This document shows, one piece after another, positions 19,058 through 28,879 of a DNA stretch of 64,000 nucleotides. Every line of letters starts with the position of its first letter. Position 1 is the first letter of the stretch. The position numbers were made by a program, and so were the translations under genes. The stretch is from a virus: the IMG/VR virus record IMGVR_UViG_3300028393_000021; one strand, written 5' to 3'. The notes beneath the pieces are model-generated. The model was not told the DNA's origin. It searched no databases and saw only the letters and a list, made by a program, of their open reading frames with translations.

Positions 19058-22000
19058 TTATTGTGCCTTTATTATTTTTATGTTTGTATAAAATTCTGCA
19101 AGTTCTGGGAACGTATCTATAAATTTTTTATTCCTAATGGTATCATAGTATTCCGTGTTTTCTTTAAATTCTTGTTGTGCAATTTCATTAACCGACGATG
19201 AATCTAACTGACTTATTACGTTTTTTATTTGATTTTTTATCATGCTATAGTTACTATCTGATAGTAAATCCATAGTTTTAATTTTATCTAATAACTTATC
19301 TTTAATATTATTTTTAATGTCAGCATTAATAATGTTAAAACTGTAAAAATTTGGATTAATAATATTATAAAACGTTACGTTGGTTGTGTCATCAACAAAA
19401 TTGTTTTCAATCATATAATCTATAAATTCTGGAATTGTATAAACATTGAACACAGATATCACAGATGAAATACCTATGAATATATGAGGGCATGATTCTT
19501 TAACTTTTTTAATATTTTGTACGATAGTTGGCCAATCGGTACCTTCTCGAATGTATTCAGCTCGACTGCCCCAACTATCTAAACTTACGTTTAAATGAAT
19601 ATTGGAAAACTCTTTCCATAACTTAATTACTGATAAATTTTTAAAGGTCAACGAACTTAAATTAGAATTATATCTAATTTTTATATTTGTATTTCCGGTA
19701 TTAATCAAATATTCAAGTATTTCGTAATGTTTGTCCATTAATAAAGGTTCGCCACCAGCAAAGTAAATTTCTTTAATTCCGGTTATATGAGGTCTAAGCT
19801 GATCAAATAATAAATCATTATTTTTTCCTCCTGAAAAAATAAAAACTTTTTTATTTTTGCCTTGCTTGTTATCTTCAGTGGCCCAACTAGAACTATATGT
19901 ACTAGAACAGCTTCGACATTTGAAATTACAGATGTTGCTCCATCGTATGTCAAGATATTTTAATTCCATTGTTTCCAAAGATCCATCCTGGTTTGTGTCA
20001 TGTACTAAATTTATAGATTCTGAAAGATACGAGGCATTCGATGATTGTCTAAAACTATGCACATTTGCATTTTCATTTTGATAACAAGCACTACATTCAT
20101 CACATTTTTTACCTGTTAACATTTTTAATCGCATTGACTTATATCGATCATTGTTCCATATTTCACTAATTGAATTTTGCTGTACATTACCTAACGGTTT
20201 GGTATAATCTCCAATACAGCAAGGTAGTACATCTCCATCTGGGTTTGCGTAAAAATGTATCCAGGGCAGTATACAAAATGTATTGGACTGTTTTATAGCA
20301 ATTTTAAATTGTTGATTTAACCAATTGTAATCGTTGATATTACTGATCGGTTCTTGGCTCAACGCATATTTGTTACCTTGCTCTGCTCCTAATTTTGCCC
20401 ATTTATAATATTCAGCTGTGACATCTGGATTTAACCATGCTTGCAATCGTTTGTTAGATTCTGCATCTTCTTTTTTAGATAACTTGGCACATTCTCTAAA
20501 TGCGGTTCTCCATGTGGCACAATCAGAAGTGTTAAATTTAGTAATGTTGCTAATTTTATTGATTACTTTTAACTTTTTTGATACACTTAATGTTAGGTCA
20601 GTACCCCATGATTTAAGATATTGTATCTTCGACTTGCTAAACAGCTTAACACCTCCGAAACCATAAGTCAAACCATTAACCGGATTTATACTATTCCAAA
20701 CATAGGTGCAATCTCTATCAAATATATTTGGTTGGAAATCAAATTGCCAATCATCCAATAAGTATGCATCTCCATCAACTACATAGAACATGTCAGACTT
20801 GGCTAATTTAGCCGCTGCCTTATGTGCTTCAAATATACCAGTAACTCTATCTACTCGTTTGGCCCAAGGTGCTTTTTCTAATACACGTTGCCAATTATCT
20901 TCAGCATTTAATTCATAGTAACTAATAAAAATAACATCTAACTGTTTGGCAATGTTAGGTAATAATGTATCAATTTGTTTTACTCCTGCTGTATCATCAA
21001 TGGCTGTTGCACTTAACGCCCAAATATTAGTTTGATTAGTTATAGATCGATCCAACATCCATACATGTTCATATTTAAAATCATGCCAAGGGATAACATA
21101 ATCTATATCATAACTTAATTTGGGTAAATTAGGATTATAGGTTATTTTGATAATTGGACTGACATAATCAATTATCTTAGACCCGTCAAGTTCAGTGGAT
21201 ACTTGTAAGGTAAATGCCCATATATCATCTTCACCATTTTGTAGGTGTTTGCGATCCAACATCCATACATGTTCATATTTAAAATCATGCCAAGGGATAA
21301 CATAATCTATATCATAACTTAATTTGGGTAAATTAGGATTATAGGTTATTTCAATTTTGGGACTAACATAATCAATTATCTTAGACCCGTCAAGTTCAGT
21401 GGATACTTGTAAGGTAAATGCCCATATATCATCTTCACCATTTAATAAATGCTTACGGTCTATCATCCACACATGTTCAAATTTAAAATCATGCCAGGGG
21501 ATAACATAATCTATATCATAGGTCATGGGCGGTAAGTTTGTATTATAGGTTATTTCAATTTTGGGACTGACATAATCAATTATCTTAGACCCATCAAGTT
21601 CAGTGGATACTTGTAAGGTAAATGCCCATAAATCATCTTCACCATTCAATAAATGTTTTTGATCCAACATCCACACATGTTCAAATTTAAAATCATGCCA
21701 GGGGATAACATAATCTATATCATAGGCCATGGGCGGTAAGTTTGGATTGAGTATCACAGTATATTCTGGACTAATTGTGCCTATCCATTTCCAATCTTTA
21801 GGAGCTCCCCACATGGGTTTAAATTTAATCACCCATAATCTTTTATCAGCAGAGGATATATGTTTATTATCTAAATCATATGCACACTCGTAGATCAAAT
21901 CCCAATAAGGTGGACAGCATTCATTGACATCAACACCGAGGTCAGGTAATACATCATTGAAAGATACTTCTATATCTGGAATTATATATCCCATGTGTTT

Positions 22001-22498
22001 AGTACCTAATATATCCCCCTCAACTAGTTGACAGCTGAATACCCAAACATCCTCATCTAATGGATTAAATCTAGGATCCATGTACCATATTAACTGGTAG
22101 TTCTTTTCCCATGGACTCGGTTGATATAGTCCGTAGGGGTTATCTTCAAACGTAATTTGTTTATCAACATCTGAATTGTAGGACCAGATTATTTTGGGTT
22201 TAACAATTTCAACCTGTTCATACCCGTGATATGGATACCAATCTTGTTTAAATATCTTAACTATCCATTCTCCCTGATAGCTAAGTATTACACATTTCCT
22301 TGTATCAGGAATTGTATCTACATAAAACTTTAAATCAGTATCCCATTGCTCTGGAATATTATTGTTGGGGTTTATTACCCAAAATTCCTTATGCCCTTTG
22401 CCCAATCCAAACAATTGAAAATCGTAGTGTAAAGGATCGCCAGTCCATGTTATGGCTGCGACTTTTTTTGGTGAGAGTTGATAGAGGTGTTCGAACAT
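19058..22498 (-). CDS. Multidomain protein: 68-aa repeats, GT-A-like domain, and SPASM plus radical SAM domains
   Basis: Four near-identical 68-aa repeats; central 'DVIFISY.E.NAE.NW...AHKAAA...FYVVDGDA' (DxD); C-terminal 'FCILPWIH...PCC' and 'NICNFKCRSCSS', 'YFAGGEPLL'. Confidence 0.85.
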   Translation of the reverse strand: MFEHLYQLSPKKVAAITWTGDPLHYDFQLFGLGKGHKEFWVINPNNNIPEQWDTDLKFYVDTIPDTRKCVILSYQGEWIVKIFKQDWYPYHGYEQVEIVKPKIIWSYNSDVDKQITFEDNPYGLYQPSPWEKNYQLIWYMDPRFNPLDEDVWVFSCQLVEGDILGTKHMGYIIPDIEVSFNDVLPDLGVDVNECCPPYWDLIYECAYDLDNKHISSADKRLWVIKFKPMWGAPKDWKWIGTISPEYTVILNPNLPPMAYDIDYVIPWHDFKFEHVWMLDQKHLLNGEDDLWAFTLQVSTELDGSKIIDYVSPKIEITYNTNLPPMTYDIDYVIPWHDFKFEHVWMIDRKHLLNGEDDIWAFTLQVSTELDGSKIIDYVSPKIEITYNPNLPKLSYDIDYVIPWHDFKYEHVWMLDRKHLQNGEDDIWAFTLQVSTELDGSKIIDYVSPIIKITYNPNLPKLSYDIDYVIPWHDFKYEHVWMLDRSITNQTNIWALSATAIDDTAGVKQIDTLLPNIAKQLDVIFISYYELNAEDNWQRVLEKAPWAKRVDRVTGIFEAHKAAAKLAKSDMFYVVDGDAYLLDDWQFDFQPNIFDRDCTYVWNSINPVNGLTYGFGGVKLFSKSKIQYLKSWGTDLTLSVSKKLKVINKISNITKFNTSDCATWRTAFRECAKLSKKEDAESNKRLQAWLNPDVTAEYYKWAKLGAEQGNKYALSQEPISNINDYNWLNQQFKIAIKQSNTFCILPWIHFYANPDGDVLPCCIGDYTKPLGNVQQNSISEIWNNDRYKSMRLKMLTGKKCDECSACYQNENANVHSFRQSSNASYLSESINLVHDTNQDGSLETMELKYLDIRWSNICNFKCRSCSSTYSSSWATEDNKQGKNKKVFIFSGGKNNDLLFDQLRPHITGIKEIYFAGGEPLLMDKHYEILEYLINTGNTNIKIRYNSNLSSLTFKNLSVIKLWKEFSNIHLNVSLDSWGSRAEYIREGTDWPTIVQNIKKVKESCPHIFIGISSVISVFNVYTIPEFIDYMIENNFVDDTTNVTFYNIINPNFYSFNIINADIKNNIKDKLLDKIKTMDLLSDSNYSMIKNQIKNVISQLDSSSVNEIAQQEFKENTEYYDTIRNKKFIDTFPELAEFYTNIKIIKAQ
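21049..21760. repeat. Four tandem 204-bp near-identical coding repeats
   Basis: Marker 'atcatgcc' recurs at 21080, 21284, 21488 and 21692 (period 204). Confidence 0.95.
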
Positions 22499-22539
22499 TA
22501 TACTACTAATTATCCTAGCAGTTAATGATGTCTAAAATA

Positions 22540-24765
22540 TTATAAAATATTTGTTGGTAAGGTCACGATAGCTGTTGCGGTAGTTATAACAGCCGTTGGC
22601 AGCATACTCACAGTTCTAATCGGTGCCCATGTAATGACTTTGTTACTGACAGCAACTGACCAAGCAGAAGCAGTGGCATTTTCAAACACATGAGCTATTA
22701 CAATTCCAGATTTTGTAGGGTTGTAATATATATTGTAATCATACACTAATGGTTGGTTATAAACCACTGTGGTACCCTGTAATATCGTGTAGCCAGTGTA
22801 ACTCTTAAGGGATGCTGATATTTCACTTGTTACAATAAATTTATATTCAACCCCATCAACCAACACTGGATTGGCACCATTTGTGTTAGCTAACAATGTG
22901 TTCCCATAATATATAGTGGTATCGAAGTCATGCGATACGATACCGGCCCAGAATGATTCAATTTGTGTAGATGGATACACTGGGTTAGGATTAAATGGTA
23001 CACCGGGCGGTAGTGGTGGAGTTACGGGCGTTGGAGCGGCACTCACATTACCAATAATCATACCTTGACCTTGAACATAACCATTGGCAATTGCAGCATT
23101 ATTACAACGTACAACCACAGAAAAATGTCCACCTGGGTTTTGAGCAAAATAGTTAGTAGACTTGAAGGTAAACTCAAACGTACATCTGCCAGGACCAAGA
23201 TTATAATCATTTGTGGTTGTGGAGGTCAGTTCATAATAATCGAGTGCGGGGCTATTATTATTAAATGCCCACGATGATGAATCCACAGTTACTCCATTTG
23301 GAACAATCGTGGGCAGTGATGAAGACAAAGTTGGTACTAGACTATCAAATCCTCTAAACAATAGTGTTCTTGTACCATCACCTAGGGGTCCTGAGTTTAA
23401 TTGAGAATACCGGCCGTTGATATCCGAATTAGAATAATAGTATAATGCTCTGGTTAAATTTTTTAAGGTAGCATCAAATTCTGCATTTCCACTGAGTTCT
23501 CTTAGATTGTTTAACGCTATGGTTATATTACCTCGTCCATCATGATTAACAATAAACATAGATTTATATCCCGGACTTTGCTCATATCCAAAATATTGCT
23601 CGTAATTATAACCCTCAGTGGTTTTTCTAATATAATTCGGAACAATATCGTTGTCAAGTGACCCACTTAGGTAGGTATAACTATATTCGGTTAACACAAA
23701 ACTCCAAACATTGGCCCAATACGGGAATTTAAGATTGGAACTTCTTGCTCTATAACTCAAATTATTTACATCAACTAGGTTATAACCTCCTTGGTCATAT
23801 CGAGAGGCATAATCTCCCCCCATACCAACTCCAATGGTTAATATACGTTGATCATTGATAGTATCAAGACTCATTCCAATAATACTATTATAACTCGAAG
23901 CGGGACTGACCCAACTGGCTAGATTGTTATATTTTAAATAATCAATGTCAACATAGCTGATATTTGTTATAGTTTTGGTTCCTAAAAATTGACCCGATTC
24001 TGATACCGACACTGTTAAAGTAGACCGGTATGTGCCTGTGTTATTGTTTACTAGGTCAGGATTCCAAACTATATGAATAGTATTGACTGTGCCTGTGGTC
24101 ACTGACCAGCCGGGATCACCCGATATACTGGTATTAAATGTTAAATTTGTACCAGTATATGTTACCCCATTCGTACGTTTATTAAGTATGATATCAGTTG
24201 AATTGGTTTGACCCAAAATTGTAGTATATGTGACAAATGTACTGTTCGATGCCACAATGTTTTCATCATTGCTGATACTTTGATACGTATTGACTTGATA
24301 TTCAGGATTTTGTGCATTGGAAAAGAACACAAGGCTGTTGATATATTCACCGGGTGCAATTGCTGTATAGGAAATTAGAAATGATGCAGTTGTACCCGCT
24401 AACAAAGTGACATTTGTACCACTGATGAGACTTTGAGCCACTGTTCCATAAAATTTTGGAATAATAACACGGCTTTTTACCAATGAACATGTAAAATCAA
24501 AACTGGTTAGAGTAATAGTGGTTCCACCGTCATTGTATAATATTAAATTTTGTATATCAGATTCATCTCTTGGAGAAGAAACAAACGTTACCGGGGTAGA
24601 TACTCTTAACACACCATAATTAGCCACAGGTGCTGTTAATGTTGCTCCGTCAAGAGTCAATGTAGTGGCAACCACAGCAGGTGGTGGACAATATATAGAA
24701 GCAGTGGAATTTGTTGCACCGACAGCACTTTTTATTTTTATGTTTACAGCTACTTGAGTTGCCAT
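22540..24765 (-). CDS. Putative virion structural or fibre-associated protein
   Basis: 741 aa, S/T/N-rich and beta-rich; no catalytic motif recognised. Confidence 0.55.
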   Translation of the reverse strand: MATQVAVNIKIKSAVGATNSTASIYCPPPAVVATTLTLDGATLTAPVANYGVLRVSTPVTFVSSPRDESDIQNLILYNDGGTTITLTSFDFTCSLVKSRVIIPKFYGTVAQSLISGTNVTLLAGTTASFLISYTAIAPGEYINSLVFFSNAQNPEYQVNTYQSISNDENIVASNSTFVTYTTILGQTNSTDIILNKRTNGVTYTGTNLTFNTSISGDPGWSVTTGTVNTIHIVWNPDLVNNNTGTYRSTLTVSVSESGQFLGTKTITNISYVDIDYLKYNNLASWVSPASSYNSIIGMSLDTINDQRILTIGVGMGGDYASRYDQGGYNLVDVNNLSYRARSSNLKFPYWANVWSFVLTEYSYTYLSGSLDNDIVPNYIRKTTEGYNYEQYFGYEQSPGYKSMFIVNHDGRGNITIALNNLRELSGNAEFDATLKNLTRALYYYSNSDINGRYSQLNSGPLGDGTRTLLFRGFDSLVPTLSSSLPTIVPNGVTVDSSSWAFNNNSPALDYYELTSTTTNDYNLGPGRCTFEFTFKSTNYFAQNPGGHFSVVVRCNNAAIANGYVQGQGMIIGNVSAAPTPVTPPLPPGVPFNPNPVYPSTQIESFWAGIVSHDFDTTIYYGNTLLANTNGANPVLVDGVEYKFIVTSEISASLKSYTGYTILQGTTVVYNQPLVYDYNIYYNPTKSGIVIAHVFENATASAWSVAVSNKVITWAPIRTVSMLPTAVITTATAIVTLPTNIL

Positions 24766-24777
24766 TATTGATCCTTA

Positions 24778-26010
24778 TTATGCACCACCACTGTTGGTGA
24801 TGTTGGCGTAATCGTTTGCAGCAGCCTCGGCGGCAGCAGCAGCAGCGGCGGCGGCGGCGGCAGCAGCGGCGGCAGCAGCGGTGGCAGCAGCGATGGCAGC
24901 ATCTGCTATAGCGGTAGCAGCAGGGGCGTTGCTTGCAGCCAAATTTACTGGCGTAGGGGCCGGAACATAGTTATCGTACCAATATTGGGCAAATGCAGCA
25001 CCTTCGACCGGACCAGTAATTAAAGGACCGTCAAATGTAGCAGGATCTAAATGTAATAAAACTGTTATATACCACGTTCTAAACTGTTGTCTAACTAGAT
25101 CTTTATTAGCTGCATACGCTGCATCAAGGGCCACTTGTACTGGATCTACTGGTGGAGGTGGTGTTGGGGGGCCAGAGGTATTACCACCCGGGCCAGTGAC
25201 GAAAGGACCAATGACAACAATGTTGCTTGCAGTGTTAGAGGCGGTGGTGCTGGTGGTGGCAGTGGTCTGCGTGTTTTGATACGTTATTGTAAAATCCACA
25301 ATATTTTCCTCAGCGGATTTCACAGCTACCACACTGATACGCAGGGTACCACTGGAGTAATTTCGAGTCACTGTGCTGCCCGATACAAAATTACTACGAT
25401 AATATTTGAACTGTTGATCAGGTGTGCTGGCAATATAGTTGAGCCAATTGGCCCACTCAATATCAAGGTCATTGGCTCCACTGCCTTCATAACTGGGCGA
25501 CCAAGCAATATAATTACCATTGTTGAAATAATATCGTGCAATTAGAGCCGTGGACCAAGCAGCTCTGACCTGGTGAGTTATGATACTGGTACCATTGGCA
25601 CCCCAGGCCGAGGTGCGTGTGCTACTGGTATTGACTGAATACACAATGGTGCTTTCGCCAGTGTGTTGAAATTGATTGGGATGACAGGTATATCTATTGA
25701 TCAAACAATAATCCACCATGGCCTTGATTTGATTGTAAAACACAGCCTTGATCACATTACTACTAGTGGATATGTTGGACACAGTGTTGGTACTGGTGAC
25801 CAAATTACTGATGTGTGTGTACACACTACCCACATTCCTTAACAAAGTATTGGCTTGATCTGCACTGATTATACTGCCGGTTATTGTGGGGCTGACCACG
25901 CTGATCCCATAACCATTCTGACCTATACTTCTTATATCAGCAGCGATACTTTGAATAGCATTGAAATCAGAACTTAATGCTAGGGTTCCTGAAGTGGTTG
26001 GTAGTGACAT
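24778..26010 (-). CDS. Putative virion structural protein with a Pro-rich linker and poly-Ala C-terminus
   Basis: TATAAATA 5 nt upstream; S/T-rich; long run of Ala codons near the end. Confidence 0.55.
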   Translation of the reverse strand: MSLPTTSGTLALSSDFNAIQSIAADIRSIGQNGYGISVVSPTITGSIISADQANTLLRNVGSVYTHISNLVTSTNTVSNISTSSNVIKAVFYNQIKAMVDYCLINRYTCHPNQFQHTGESTIVYSVNTSSTRTSAWGANGTSIITHQVRAAWSTALIARYYFNNGNYIAWSPSYEGSGANDLDIEWANWLNYIASTPDQQFKYYRSNFVSGSTVTRNYSSGTLRISVVAVKSAEENIVDFTITYQNTQTTATTSTTASNTASNIVVIGPFVTGPGGNTSGPPTPPPPVDPVQVALDAAYAANKDLVRQQFRTWYITVLLHLDPATFDGPLITGPVEGAAFAQYWYDNYVPAPTPVNLAASNAPAATAIADAAIAAATAAAAAAAAAAAAAAAAAEAAANDYANITNSGGA

Positions 26011-26099
26011 ATCAGTATTTATATCTAGATTTCTTATCCCGGTTATAGTATAATATTAAATATGTTGATAACCAACTACAACCAAGGAACATACCATCA

Positions 26100-26858
26100 A
26101 TGACCAACAAAAAATTAGGCATCATCCAAACTAGAGGGCTGGGCGATATAGTACTGGCCCTACCCATTGCACTACATTATCGAGAACAGGGCTACGACAT
26201 TTTCTGGCCCATAACCGATACGTGGGTGGAACAAATGAACCACTACGTGCCCTGGATCAAATGGATACCCGTGCCCCAAGATTCCGGAGCTTTCTTCTAC
26301 GATATCCCCATGCAACGTTTGAAGAATTTTAAATGCGACGAGATACTGTGCTTGTACAATTCACTGACCGGACACCCTGAATTTGCTGAAGAACCCTACT
26401 TCCAATTCACTACGTTTGATCAATACAAATATACCAAGGCGGGCGTGCCGTTTCTGGACAAATGGCGCTTGAACGAATGTATTACACGTGACCCCGAGAG
26501 AGAACAGACCCTCTACGATAAAAAAGTTAAAAATCCCAACTATATAGTCACCCACTTGACCAGCAGTCAACATACTGTACCCTTTGATACTAGTATTGTA
26601 CCCCCAGATTGGGATATAATAAACATAGACTCAGATGGCTATATATTTGATTGGCTTAAAATTATTGAAGGCGCTCAGAGCATAGTTATGACTAACTCAG
26701 TGTTTGCTAACATGGTTGATCTACTGAAAATAGGCGATGACAAATACTTTATACCCTTGCATCATCTGAACTGGAGCCCAACGTTTGGCACAACATGGCA
26801 GTGGCTGAACAACACAGAACCCTCACAATGGCAAAAAAGTATTACTGCCCAGAGCTAA
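26100..26858 (+). CDS. Glycosyltransferase, GT9 (heptosyltransferase)-like
   Basis: N-terminal 'IIQTRGLGDIVLALP' resembles the GT9 start motif; later 'IVMTNSVFANMVD'. Confidence 0.6.
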   Translation: MTNKKLGIIQTRGLGDIVLALPIALHYREQGYDIFWPITDTWVEQMNHYVPWIKWIPVPQDSGAFFYDIPMQRLKNFKCDEILCLYNSLTGHPEFAEEPYFQFTTFDQYKYTKAGVPFLDKWRLNECITRDPEREQTLYDKKVKNPNYIVTHLTSSQHTVPFDTSIVPPDWDIINIDSDGYIFDWLKIIEGAQSIVMTNSVFANMVDLLKIGDDKYFIPLHHLNWSPTFGTTWQWLNNTEPSQWQKSITAQS

Positions 26859-26868
26859 TGTACACTGT

Positions 26869-27429
26869 CTAAGACGCCCACGAGAATAACACATTCTTTG
26901 GGCTATCTAAGGCAGCATAAGATCCAATGCTACTAATGGTACTGGGCTTTGAGGCTAGATCCTTGAAACTACTGACCCTGAACTTTTCCCACTTACTATA
27001 TCTACCCGTGTTCTCATTGTACTTGGTGCGTAATAGATGCTGGTTACTTTCCCCATACTCGCGTAGATCCTCCCAATGAGCTTTGGGTAAAAAGAAATAA
27101 TCTAATTCCTCACGGAACTCATTGTATATCACTGCACGTATATCCCCAGCTTTGGGCGTGAGAGTCTTTCGACTGAGTATGTTACCAATTACTGCTGTGC
27201 GATCATGACGTCTACATGTGCCCGTTTTGGTGTCACTGAAATCACTATTGTCATAATGGTTTTCATCAACAAACTCATATTCCCCTACCCTACACATGGC
27301 CACTTCCACTATATGCTCTACATTGTAATGACGCCAATTGGCTAATATAGTGCTTAATTGCCCGGGAAGAGCATACTCAGGTAAGTGAGCATGAGCTATG
27401 TCTTGAAGTATCCGTTGATGTTTGTTCAT
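26869..27429 (-). CDS. Hypothetical protein, possibly PD-(D/E)xK fold
   Basis: Start re-assigned to ATG 27429; 'HYDNSDFSDTKT' is only weakly nuclease-like. Confidence 0.5.
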   Translation of the reverse strand: MNKHQRILQDIAHAHLPEYALPGQLSTILANWRHYNVEHIVEVAMCRVGEYEFVDENHYDNSDFSDTKTGTCRRHDRTAVIGNILSRKTLTPKAGDIRAVIYNEFREELDYFFLPKAHWEDLREYGESNQHLLRTKYNENTGRYSKWEKFRVSSFKDLASKPSTISSIGSYAALDSPKNVLFSWAS

Positions 27430-27899
27430 AGTACATAGTATAAGATCACTTACACGTACAGAACAATCAACTTGACAAACATACATTTCCACTGTATACA
27501 AATACCCCGCTGTAGCACTATAAGAGATTAGCTGTGTGCGTGAACTATATACACTATACACAAATACCCCGCTGTAGGGGTCCCCTTTAAGGGTCCTCTG
27601 GACGCAGTGAAAGGTTGAGATTTATTGGGGAGGGCAGGGGTATTACTGAGGTTTGAGGTGAAAACCATTTTACGATAGCCTCCAAACCCCACAGTGCTCC
27701 ATTCTAAATCTACCCTAAAAAACGCAGAACCCCACCGTGAAACCAGGAAATTTGGTAGGAAATCCCCAAGAATTTGTGGAGTTTTGCTCCTTTTCTGTGA
27801 GTAATTTGCCACATAGTCAATTGCTCGCTGAGGGGTGCTCACTGTATAATAAGTACTTGGTTAGAGCATTGGACTCCACTCTAGATAATAAATAACTAT

Positions 27900-28544
27900 A
27901 TGAATCACTGTATATACTGTAGTAAGGAAATTAATAGCACACGCTCAAAACAGCAGCACGAACTTCGCTGTAAGCATAATCCACAGGCTATAGTAGTTAA
28001 AGCATCATACGGCATGTTAGGCAAACAAGGAAGAAATCAATATTCAAAAGCAAAGGATGAAGGAAGACAGGAACCAAAACAGACTTCCGAATCTAGGGCT
28101 AAAGGATTAGCAACTAAAATTAGAAATGGAACTCTAACTCATACTGAAGAATCAAAAAAGAAATTATCCGACTCTATGAAACGGGCTGTACTGAAAAACC
28201 CCGCAGCATATACCAGCAGTAACCGAGGACGAACCAAACAAATCATAGTTGACGGAGTTAAACTACAAGGGCAATGGGAAGTTGACTTTTATAAATGGGC
28301 AACTGTTGAAGGATTAGCGCCGAAAAAGGTTGAACAAGGGTTTCCCTATATATGGAATGATAATGAACACGCATACTTCCCGGACTTTTATATTCCCAGT
28401 CTGGACATATACGTAGAAGTTAAAGGTTACGAAACCGACCGTGATCGGGCCAAGTGGTTGCACTTCCCTTATAAGTTGTGTATAATAAAAGCTAAGGAAA
28501 TAAAACAAATCCGTACGGGTAGTTTTAGAGGGTTGGTAGCTTAG
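27900..28544 (+). CDS. Putative free-standing homing endonuclease (Zn finger, NUMOD3-like, PD-(D/E)xK)
   Basis: 'CIYC...HELRC', 'HTEESKKKLSDSMK', 'YFPDFYIP..DIYVEVKGY'. Confidence 0.7.
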   Translation: MNHCIYCSKEINSTRSKQQHELRCKHNPQAIVVKASYGMLGKQGRNQYSKAKDEGRQEPKQTSESRAKGLATKIRNGTLTHTEESKKKLSDSMKRAVLKNPAAYTSSNRGRTKQIIVDGVKLQGQWEVDFYKWATVEGLAPKKVEQGFPYIWNDNEHAYFPDFYIPSLDIYVEVKGYETDRDRAKWLHFPYKLCIIKAKEIKQIRTGSFRGLVA

Positions 28545-28606
28545 TGTCCTAAAGCAGTGTTCTCATAAAGCATTGATCGTGGGTTAGAATCCCACCCAAC
28601 CCACCA
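28530..28606 (+). tRNA. tRNA with CAT anticodon (elongator Met or Ile2; not initiator-like)
   Basis: Acceptor GGGTTGG/CCAACCC plus A-CCA; anticodon loop CT-CAT-AA (28564-66); T-arm GTGGG-TTAGAAT-CCCAC; G1-C72 paired. Confidence 0.92.
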
Positions 28607-28634
28607 TAGTGTATATAGTGTATATAGAGTATAA

Positions 28635-28848
28635 ACCGTAAACGCAATGATAAGCATAACCGATGAGAAGAGGGGCCGGAAGCCCGAGTATATCTCCTTG
28701 CTGTGCTGAGTAGGAATCGTAGATCCACGTTAGTTGCGTTGAATCAGTGACCGTACCCTTCCGGTGGTCGAGGCTAGTGTATTAACTTACGCAGGAACCA
28801 GCTGATCGGGGGATTATCCTGAAACTCGCGGAGATAATCCACTGATTA
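28635..28848 (+). ncRNA. Candidate structured ncRNA downstream of the tRNA (family unknown)
   Basis: Helices aatcagtg/cactgatt, ggattatc/gataatcc, gggc-cggaa-gccc and gacc/ggtc; not covered by a tracked ORF; followed by a terminator. Confidence 0.45.
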
Positions 28849-28879
28849 ATAGGACTCAAATGGGTCCTATTATCTTTTT
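28847..28879 (+). terminator. Intrinsic terminator
   Basis: taataggac-tcaaatgg-gtcctatta followed by tcttttt. Confidence 0.7.

Noticed and set aside
21049-21760. Diversity-generating retroelement template/variable repeat pair
   Set aside because: The copies are tandem and in-frame, the differences are not confined to adenines, and no reverse transcriptase is in the window, despite the Mtd-N-like domain at 6709.
27528-27842. 104-aa minus-strand GTG ORF and the 5' extension of the 26869 ORF to 27561
   Set aside because: They run through a repeat- and palindrome-rich region, have no ribosome-binding site, and the composition is not protein-like.
27855-27880. tRNA D-arm-like fragment 'ttggttagagcattggact'
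   Set aside because: No acceptor stem, anticodon arm or T-arm could be built; too short to call.
28607-28660. Theta/HDV-like or hammerhead ribozyme at the tRNA 3' end
   Set aside because: The CCA is encoded, the trailer is AT-rich, and no CUGAUGA/GAAA core or HDV nested pseudoknot could be identified by eye.
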